Shown: one piece after another, positions 1 to 7,300 of the stretch
Layout of the letters: the number at the start of each line of letters is the position of its first letter
Position numbering within the stretch: position 1 is the first letter of the stretch
Source of the DNA: Candidatus Bipolaricaulia bacterium
GTDB taxonomy: Bacteria; Bipolaricaulota; Bipolaricaulia; JBHIAT01
Assembly (NCBI GenBank): GCA_046758705.1
Contig: JBHIAT010000082.1
Coordinates: forward strand, 1 to 15,153
DNA length: 15,153 nucleotides
Direction of reading: 5' to 3'
Translations under genes and position numbers: made by a program
Notes under the pieces: model-generated
The model's input: the letters and a program-made list of their open reading frames with translations, nothing else
Told to the model about the DNA's origin: nothing
The model's database searches: none

Positions 1-425
1 TCAACACGTTCGACCCGGAGGCCCACCCGAACTTCGACTACTTCCTGGGGCTGATCGCGCGCAACGACATCATCATCAGCCAGTACTTTGATACCCCTAG
101 TAATAAGGACATGGATATTCATGCGTCGCTGCTGTCAGCCGAGGGGAGCTTCTGGCACAGCTTGTTCAGCCAGGACTCGGCCTCGGATCATACTGACATC
201 AACCTGTACGGCGGGCTGGCCCAGGCTAACCGCGGACCGGTGGGACTGTCCAACGGCCAGGGATTTATCAAGAACTATGTCTACGACAAGCGGCTCGCCG
301 GAGTGATCAACGAGGATTCTAACAATCACCCACCGGTCTACCCGCTGGTGAAATCGGGCAATCCCAACAACCCGCAAATCAAGCCGTCGATCAGCGTGTT
401 GCTGGTGAGCATGTACGATCTATAG
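1..425 (+). CDS. 3' end of a PilX/DUF4900-like protein (partial, runs in from the left edge); paralogue of 10995..13301
   Basis: The frame from base 3 is open (NTFDPEAHPNFDYFLGLIARNDIIISQYF...) to TAG at 423-425. It aligns collinearly, with one extra codon, to 12880-13301 (INTFDPNDHPNFNYFLGLIALKDVVISQYF...NYVYD...HPPVYPLVKSG...IKPSISVLLVS). The ORF-track Met at 111 is internal. Confidence 0.88.
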   Translation, partial: NTFDPEAHPNFDYFLGLIARNDIIISQYFDTPSNKDMDIHASLLSAEGSFWHSLFSQDSASDHTDINLYGGLAQANRGPVGLSNGQGFIKNYVYDKRLAGVINEDSNNHPPVYPLVKSGNPNNPQIKPSISVLLVSMYDL

Positions 426-441
426 ATATAGCAGTGTAAGA

Positions 442-480
442 CGACGGCGCATTGGGAAGGGGCCAGGGGGCGTGCCGTCG
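442..480 (+). repeat. GC-rich inverted repeat (hairpin) downstream of the first gene; same arms as the 2416-2451 hairpin
   Basis: CGACGGCGC (442-450) pairs with GTGCCGTCG (472-480), including one G-U pair. No U-tract follows. Confidence 0.55.
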
Positions 481-594
481 CCCGGCTCAAGCCCCGCAAA
501 GCTTGATCTGAAGAGCATTACAGTTTATAGTTGTCGGTGCCGTTTAACGACGACGACTGAGAGGAGAAGTATGGGGCATAATAAAGATATGGTA

Positions 595-690
595 AGCGAT
601 CAGCGATCAGCAGTCGGCTGTCAGGAAAACACTAAAAATAATTAGCCTTTGGCCTTAAGCTGATAGCTGAAAGCTGACGGATAAAGGCTT
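595..690. repeat. Heptamer-armed palindromic intergenic element, copy 1
   Basis: Left arm AGCGATC-AGCGATC-AGCAGTC-GGCTGTC, AT-rich core AGGAAAACACTAAAAATAATT, right arm AAGCTGA-TAGCTGA-AAGCTGA. The TCAGC and GCTGA units are complementary. Confidence 0.75.
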
Positions 691-710
691 GCTTATTAAG
701 GAGGAGATCG

Positions 711-1583
711 ATGATCACAAACGTGCGCAACATGCTGTTCACCATGATGGTTCTGATGTTCGCCATCGGTCTGATTGGTTCGGCGGCGAGTTTCCCGGTT
801 GCTGTCATCGATGATCAGGGGCAACGAGTGACGATCGAGGTGCGGCCAAGGCGGATCGTTGCGGTCACCGAATTGGCGGTCCACACGCTCATCGACATCG
901 GAGCCGGCAACCGACTGGTCGGCGTCCTGACCTCATCCGACCTGCCACCGGAGGTTAGGAACGTTCCTAAGGTCGGCCCGTCTCACAACCTCAGTGTTGA
1001 GAGGATCATTGCTCGCGATCCGGATCTGGTGCTGGGGGCGGTCGGGGCGGTGCGCAACCAGCTGAACCAGCTGGGGGTTAACACCTACACCTTCCGGCCG
1101 ATCATCCGCGTCGAGGATAATATGGAGTTCATCCGGATCTACGGACAGATCACCGGCAACGTCGCTGAGACCAATGAGATCGTCGCTGACATCCAGAATG
1201 CACTCGATGAGGTCCAAGCCTGGGTCGAGGACAAACCGAAGGTGCCGGCCGCGTTCATCCACGTGCGGGGGGAGGCGGTATTCGTCTCCGGAGGCAGAAC
1301 ACCGGAGCACGATCTGCTCACCAAAGCGGGCGGACAGAACGTGTTCTCCCATATCTCCGGTAACGTCCGGCTCAGGAGGCCCGAGGAGCTCGGCAACCCC
1401 CAGATCATCTTCACCGACCCGGCTTACGTCAGCAAGATCCTCAATATGGAGGGTTTTCAGTTTATCGATGCGGTGAGAAATCGGCAGGTGTTCGCGATCC
1501 CTGCCGATGAAGTGACCGGCTCACAGGTCGGTCGGGTGCTGACCGATATAGCTAACCGGATCCATCCGCCGCTGTTCTTTTAA
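711..1583 (+). CDS. ABC-type solute-binding protein, BtuF/Peripla_BP_2 (cobalamin/siderophore/heme class)
   Basis: RBS AAGGAGGAG at 698-706. Sec-type signal peptide with no lipobox Cys. Family motifs FPVAVIDDQGQRVTI..PRRIVAV, LIDIGAGNRLVGV, SVERIIARDPDLVL, LLTKAGGQNVF, NPQIIF, IDAVRNRQVFAI. Substrate cannot be determined. Confidence 0.88.
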   Translation: MITNVRNMLFTMMVLMFAIGLIGSAASFPVAVIDDQGQRVTIEVRPRRIVAVTELAVHTLIDIGAGNRLVGVLTSSDLPPEVRNVPKVGPSHNLSVERIIARDPDLVLGAVGAVRNQLNQLGVNTYTFRPIIRVEDNMEFIRIYGQITGNVAETNEIVADIQNALDEVQAWVEDKPKVPAAFIHVRGEAVFVSGGRTPEHDLLTKAGGQNVFSHISGNVRLRRPEELGNPQIIFTDPAYVSKILNMEGFQFIDAVRNRQVFAIPADEVTGSQVGRVLTDIANRIHPPLFF

Positions 1584-1625
1584 ATCTGTGTTCATCACGC
1601 ATGTCTGAAATCTCGGTTTTTTACG

Positions 1626-1631
1626 TATAAT
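1626..1631 (+). promoter_or_regulatory. Sigma-70-type -10 box for the riboswitch-1 leader
   Basis: Perfect TATAAT 6 nt upstream of GAAGCCC (1638); a similar arrangement recurs at 10849-10854. No clear -35 box. Confidence 0.6.
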
Positions 1632-1653
1632 AGTAGTGAAGCCCAAAGACGCG

Positions 1654-1735
1654 TCCACGACAAGGGCAAACCCACCGAAAGGTGGGGACGCAAAGCCACG
1701 AATCCGTAAGGACAGTCGGGCTGCCGAAGTTGGAA
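1654..1735 (+). ncRNA. c-di-GMP-I (GEMM-I) riboswitch aptamer, copy 1
   Basis: CACGACAAGGGCAAACCCACC-GAAA-GGTGGGGACGCAAAGCC...GGGCTGCCGAA: canonical GGCAAACC, GNRA-capped P2, GGGACGCAAAGCC and RCCG core. The G20 equivalent (1665) and C92 equivalent (1724) are intact. Located in the 5' leader of 1778..2371. Confidence 0.95.
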
Positions 1736-1777
1736 TGAACGGGCTTCCAATGACCTTGAATTAATTGGAGGTGCGTA

Positions 1778-2371
1778 ATGCACATAAATCGGAATCGGAT
1801 GGCCATAACGATCGCCACGGCCTTGGTGCTGGTGATCTCGGCATCCATTGGTGTTTGGGCGGTGACCGGAGGCAACAACGGTGCAGCCGTCAATGGAACG
1901 GTCGGACCCTTGAGTGATGGGACGCCCGTCGTCTCTTGGAGTGCTTATACCTGGGCGCAGATCGCCGTCCACGGCGCGGTTGCCCTAGGGACCATCGATG
2001 ACACGACGGCCTACACCGGCGCCACGCCCAGCGGCGGTGGTGCCTTCGGGAACCTGGAGAGCCTGACTAACAACGTGTTCGTCATCACCAACGACCCCGA
2101 CGGTTGGGTGCTCCAGATCTCGGTGACAGGTACCAGTACGCCTCTGGGCTTCACCGGAGACCTGTTGGGCGACTTCCAGTGGCGGGAGACGCCGATAACC
2201 GCTGGAACTTATGCAGCAGCCACCGGGCTTGATTTACTACCGGCCACGGTAGATACGACTGCCGCAGCTGGCTCCGCGGTCTACGGCTTCGACTACAAGT
2301 ACAATATTGACATCAACGACATCCCGGGCAACTACAGCGTCACCGTCCAGTACACCGTGACCACCAACTAG
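1778..2371 (+). CDS. Secreted single-domain pilin-like protein (SCPU/Csu- or WxL-like Ig fold); candidate major fibre subunit
   Basis: RBS GGAGG at 1767-1771. Signal peptide (..SIGVWA). Rich in Gly/Thr/Ala, beta-strand pattern, internal GWVLQIS and C-terminal IPGNYSVTVQYTVTTN (PGxYxxTvxxT terminal strand typical of such pilin-like domains). The coding call is firm; the family assignment is an inference. Confidence 0.7.
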   Translation: MHINRNRMAITIATALVLVISASIGVWAVTGGNNGAAVNGTVGPLSDGTPVVSWSAYTWAQIAVHGAVALGTIDDTTAYTGATPSGGGAFGNLESLTNNVFVITNDPDGWVLQISVTGTSTPLGFTGDLLGDFQWRETPITAGTYAAATGLDLLPATVDTTAAAGSAVYGFDYKYNIDINDIPGNYSVTVQYTVTTN

Positions 2372-2415
2372 ACTCGCTTGTAACTTGTAAAGATGCAGAA
2401 GCTGTAGAGGCTAGA

Positions 2416-2451
2416 GGCGACGGCGCGTCCTCCCCCCGACGTGCCGTCGTC
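2416..2451 (+). promoter_or_regulatory. Strong intercistronic hairpin (mRNA stabiliser or partial terminator) after the first gene of the cluster
   Basis: GGCGACGGCGCGTC (2416-2429) pairs with GACGTGCCGTCGTC (2438-2451): 14-bp stem with two G-U pairs and loop CTCCCCCC. No immediate U-tract. Confidence 0.65.
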
Positions 2452-2467
2452 CGGTTTAAGGTGAACG

Positions 2468-3439
2468 ATGAAGGTGTCAAGGTCTGTTTCGGTCGCAGTT
2501 CTATTGGTGTTCTTGATTCTCGTTTCATTCTCCGTTACGGTTAAGGCCCCCCAGCAATGCAGCCCTGGAGGCGGTAATCAGCGGGTCTGCATCACCGTAC
2601 ACGCCAATCTGAACCTGGGCCTCATCGATGAGACGATCTACAGCGGGGCCACACCGGGTGGCGGCGGCAGCTTCGGGGACCTGGAGAGTCTGAGCAACAC
2701 CGTCAACGTCAAAAGCAATCCCACATGGAGTCTGGAGATTGAGGCGACGGCCACCAGTGCACCTGCGGGCTTCACCGGGAACCTGTTGGCCGACTTCCAG
2801 TGGCGCGGCGGCGATCAGGTGGCCTACACCTCGTTCCCCGCGCTCAACACCATGATGACCGTCGTCGCTTCCGACACAGGAAACAACGTTAATGTCGGTA
2901 TGGATTACCGATACAGCGTGGACATCGATGACATCCCGGGAAGCTACAGCATCACGCTTCAGTATACCGCATCCAACCAGCTCGGGTATACGATCTCGGA
3001 CACGGTGACCCTCAGTTGGGACACCTACACCTGGGCACAGATCGCCATCCACGGCGCGATCAGCTTAGGGATTATCGATGAGACGATCTACAGCGGGGCC
3101 ACACCGGGTGGCGGCGGCAGTTTTCAAGCGCTGGAGAGCACCGCAAACAACGTGTTCATCATCACCAACGACCCCGACGGCTGGACACTGCAGATCGAGA
3201 TGACGGCTAAGACGGAACCGGTGGGCTTCACCGGAGACCTGTTGGCCGACTTCCAGTGGCGCGGCGGCGACCAGGCGATCTACACCTCGTTCGCCGCGCT
3301 CAGCACTCCGATGACGGTGGCGACCACCACCAGTCAGGGATCTCAAGTCTACAATATAGATTATCGGTATACCGGGGACACCGATGACATCCCGGGCAAC
3401 TACAGCGACACGCTTCAATTCACAGTGACGACCGGTTGA
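2468..3439 (+). CDS. Secreted protein with two tandem copies of the 1778..2371 domain; candidate minor/tip subunit
   Basis: Signal peptide and an N-terminal Cys pair (QQCSPGGGNQRVC). Two repeats of LGxIDETIYSGATPGGGGSF..LES...GFTGxLLADFQWRGGDQ...DDIPGxYS.TLQxT. DNA 2624-2670 is identical to 3074-3120. Confidence 0.75.
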   Translation: MKVSRSVSVAVLLVFLILVSFSVTVKAPQQCSPGGGNQRVCITVHANLNLGLIDETIYSGATPGGGGSFGDLESLSNTVNVKSNPTWSLEIEATATSAPAGFTGNLLADFQWRGGDQVAYTSFPALNTMMTVVASDTGNNVNVGMDYRYSVDIDDIPGSYSITLQYTASNQLGYTISDTVTLSWDTYTWAQIAIHGAISLGIIDETIYSGATPGGGGSFQALESTANNVFIITNDPDGWTLQIEMTAKTEPVGFTGDLLADFQWRGGDQAIYTSFAALSTPMTVATTTSQGSQVYNIDYRYTGDTDDIPGNYSDTLQFTVTTG

Positions 3440-3464
3440 TCCCTAGGAAATAAGGAGGACGCTG

Positions 3465-4271
3465 ATGGGCAAACGTCGCAGGTTTCTGTTGATCGCGGCA
3501 CTCTTTTCAGGACTTATCTGCTATTCGTATTCGTTCACCGCCTACCCGATCCGGGTCTCGAACATGGTCTTCGAGCTGAGTCTGGCGCCGGGGGAGAGCG
3601 GGACGTTCTCGTTTGAGGTGCTCAACAACGAGACGCGGACGACCCGGATCACCGTCTATCTGGTCGATTGGCGCATCCATCCTGACGGCTCCCAGGTGTT
3701 CCTCGATCCGGGGATCTTGCCCCGTTCCAACACCGCATGGATCGTTGTCTCACCCTCCGAGTTCGGATTGAATCCTGGGGAGACCCAGGAGGTCCGGTTC
3801 ACGATCAGCGTCCCGGAGAACGTAGAGGGAGGAACCTATTGGGGGATGATCTTCGTCGAGGGCTCCCCAATCGTGACCGAGAGTGGGGGAATCTCCATCC
3901 TCACCGTGCAACGGTTCGGGATCAAGGTCTATGAGACGACCCCGGAGGCGACGCTGCGCGACGGTCGGGTGACCGGCATGAGCCTGATCAGCTTGGACCC
4001 GCTTAAGGTGAAGGTCGCGTTCGAGAACACCGGCAACGCGAGCCTACGACCGGAGGGTCGAGTGGAGGTGATGAACGAGCAAGGTGAGCTGGTCAAGCGG
4101 CTGGAGATCGGCGCGTTCTCGGTGCTTCCCGGGGCCAACCGGGAGGTTGAGGTCGTTGACGAGGGCGGCAAGCGCCTGGGGCCGGGACGCTATGTCGTCT
4201 TGGGTATAATCGACTTCGGAGGGGAGAATCTGGTCGCCGGGCGGTTGCTGTTCCAGATCACTGAGAACTGA
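3465..4271 (+). CDS. Exported two-Ig-domain protein resembling pilus chaperones (PapD/EcpB-like) or DUF916-type WxL-interacting proteins
   Basis: RBS AAGGAGG at 3452-3458; signal peptide. Motifs LAPGESGTFSFEVLN, WIVVSPSEFGLNPGETQEVRFTISVP..GTYWGMIFVE, VAFENTGNASLRPEGRVEV and SVLPGANREV. No C-terminal membrane anchor. Confidence 0.7.
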   Translation: MGKRRRFLLIAALFSGLICYSYSFTAYPIRVSNMVFELSLAPGESGTFSFEVLNNETRTTRITVYLVDWRIHPDGSQVFLDPGILPRSNTAWIVVSPSEFGLNPGETQEVRFTISVPENVEGGTYWGMIFVEGSPIVTESGGISILTVQRFGIKVYETTPEATLRDGRVTGMSLISLDPLKVKVAFENTGNASLRPEGRVEVMNEQGELVKRLEIGAFSVLPGANREVEVVDEGGKRLGPGRYVVLGIIDFGGENLVAGRLLFQITEN

Positions 4272-4324
4272 GAACGGCTGAACCCTTTCCCCGACCTGTC
4301 AGCGGCTATGATATAAAGCTGATC

Positions 4325-7300
4325 TTGAGGTCAAGAGATTTCCGTACTGTTCAGCCGATTCTAGTGAGGATCCTGCCTGTTCTCCTCCCTTTTCTATTTC
4401 TGCTCACCTATAGCGCATCGGTCGGGCTAGCTCAGTCCTCCCTTGATGTCACCTCCGCCCCTAAGGTCGGATCGTTGGGCGACTTCATCACCCACACGTT
4501 CCGACTGACCCATGCGGGCGGAGCTCAAGAGATTTATGACCTGGCACTGGAACTTCCCGAGGACTGGGAGTCCCTCGACGGGTTGGACCCGGTGACGCTG
4601 GACCCCGGCGAGGCAGACACGATCTTCATCACCGTGTTCGTCCCGTTCGCTGTGGTTGCCGGGGATTACGAGATAACGCTCACGGCGACCGCCCGAGTCA
4701 CGGCGGTTCAAGTGACGGCCTCCGCTTCGGTCAAGGTGCTTCAGGTCGCCGAGGTGATGATTCAAGCGCCGCCGGGCGCCCAGGCGCTGCCGGGGAGTCA
4801 GTTCAGCTACACGTTCGCGATCGTCAACCGCGGCAACGCTCCGGATGTGTTCGAGATCTCTGCCGACTCGGCCCATGATTGGATCGTCGAGATCTCAGAA
4901 GACCAAATCGAGCTGGTGCCCGGCGAGCGGGGAACGTTCGATATAACCCTCCAGATCCCATTGTTCGCGTCGGAGGGCCGGGATCGGCTCACCGTCGAGG
5001 TCATGTCTACCGTCTCCTCAGAGGTCTCCGATCGGGTCACGCTGTTCACCACCGTCCTGCCGCCCTCGCCTCAGGGAGTCGGGAGGAGGCTGTTCGTCGA
5101 GGTGCCGGCCGAGATCGGGTTGATGGCAGGCGGCTCGCCAGCGGGCGTGAGCACCTCCCAGTTGAAACTGTTCGCCGAGGGGGGGATCGGGGCGGACCGC
5201 CAGTTCTCTCTGGAGTCCACCCTCGGTGGGCTGACGACCCCGACGCCAACGCTTAACGCACTCATCTTTAACTATGAGACGGAGCGGTATCGGCTCAGAC
5301 TGGGGAACATCTCGACCGAGTTCGCCGAGTTTGCCAACCTGTCGGGGAGGGGGGCACAACTCGATCTGGGCGGCGAGCGGCTGGGTGTCACGGTGCTCGG
5401 CCTGGAGGTGACTGGGGGGCAACAGATCGGTGCCGCGGCCGGTCTGACCGGCGCCCTCGGCCCGATCGATGCCAGCCTCTCCTATATCGGACGGTTCGAT
5501 CAGCCGCTGAATCTTCAGACAGATCTGCTCGACCTCTCACTTGCCTACCCACTGAGTGACACCTGGACAATCGGTGCGGAGGGAGCGATCAGCCGCTCGG
5601 CTTCAGGACAGGACGTTGCCTGGTGGCTCGGTTCAGTGTTTCAAGGGGAGAACGCGTTCCTCAGCGCCGACTATGTGAAGATCGGCACAGAGTTCGTCGG
5701 TGAGCGGAGCGACGAGGCCGGCTTCCGGGTCTCTCACCAGCTGTCATTCCGCAAGCTCTCTCTGTCTCTGAGGTTCCTCATCGAACAACTCAGCGATAAC
5801 GTGGCCGGGGATCCCACCCAGCCGACGGTCACGACGACCCGCCTCCTGTCGGACTCGACCTTCTCCTCACCGGGGTTTCCCGCGCTCGGTTTCGGAACGA
5901 ACTTCGAGACGCGGCGCAGCCGCGGCCCCGCGCCGCGCACCGATGAGGAGGAGGTGGCACTCAAACTGAGCCTTGCCGGACCCCTGGGGCCGTTCTCCTA
6001 CCGCCTCTCCGGCAATTGGGGGGAGATCCGGGATCGGATCGCGGCGACTCGGTTCAGTTCGGTCAGTTACGACGTCAGCCTGAGACTGGCCCGGGGCCGC
6101 TTCTCGGGCGAGGTGGGCTATGTCGATCGTACCGTCTCAAACGCCATAACCAGCCAAATCGAGGACCGATCGATCGAGGAGCGCCTATTGCTGACCTACG
6201 AGCTGAGTCCATCTCTGTCGGCCTCCCTGAGCGCCGATCGGGATGAGCTGGGGGGAACCACCACCCTCACTCCAAAATTCACTTACCGGCTCGGTGGGGA
6301 GACAGAGATGGCAGTTGGCGGTGAGTTGGGATTCGTCGATGGACAGGGGGATGTCACTTGGACCGCTCAACTGGAGTACAATCGTGGGTTCTCTCTTCCA
6401 TTGCCCTGGATCAAGACGAAGGGGCAGGTCGAGGGTTACGTGTTCATCGATGAGAACGGGAACGGCCGTCCGGACGACGGGGAGGCTGGCCTCAGCCGGC
6501 TGGTGCTGCGCACCGGCCATACGGGCGTGCTCACCGACGAGACGGGGTTGTTTCGCTATCCCCCGCTGGAACCGGGGGAGTATGAGCTGGTCCTCGATAA
6601 CCCGCCAGCGGACCTCGTCCCGTCCATCCAACTTCCTCAACGGTTTGAACTCGCCCGCGGCGAGGTCAAGCGGATCGATATCCCGATGCAACGGGCCGCC
6701 TATATCGACGGCCGGGTCTTCGATGATCAAAACCGGGATGGTCAATTGGACCCCGGGGAACCAGGCGTGACCGGAGTCCGGGTGGCTCTGATGACAGCCG
6801 AGGGGGAGCCGATTCGCGAGGGGTTCACCGGGCCCACCGGGTGGTTTGCGTTCACCGGCCTGCTTCCCGGAGGATACCGGCTCCGGGTCGATGAGACCTG
6901 GTTCCCCCCCGGATACGAACCGACCACGCCTCAGGACCGCGAATTGACCCTGGAGCCTGAATCCCATGCCCAGGTTCAGTTCGGGGCCGCTGCCAAGGAG
7001 CGAGGGATCATCTTCACCCTGGAGAACACTCCGCCGACCGCATTATTCGTTCTGACGCCCGATCGCCCCACTATCCTGGATGAGATCCGGTTTGCCGACC
7101 GCTCGACCGACCCTGACGGGGAGATCACCCGCTGGCTTTGGGACTTCGGCGACGGGGGCGAGAGTGATGAGCCAAATCCGATCCATCGCTACCGGGAGAC
7201 GGGAACCTACCAGGTACGGCTCACCGTCACAGATGACCTCGGCTCGACCGACACGGCGGTCATCGAGCTACAGGTCGTCAATGCCCTCCCGCAGGCAGCG

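Noticed and set aside
1-425. Diversity-generating retroelement TR/VR pair (1-425 versus 12880-13301)
   Set aside because: Differences are not confined to adenines and many are synonymous C/T or third-position changes. Both copies are coding, there is an indel, and no reverse transcriptase gene is in the window.
595-690. CRISPR array
   Set aside because: The units are 7-nt tandem repeats with no unique spacers, and there are no cas genes.
426-710. Cobalamin riboswitch upstream of the BtuF-like gene
   Set aside because: Only an isolated GGGAAGG is present. The GGGAAnnnGGTG, GCCCCCGCAACTGT and AGYCAGRAGACC elements in the expected order are absent.
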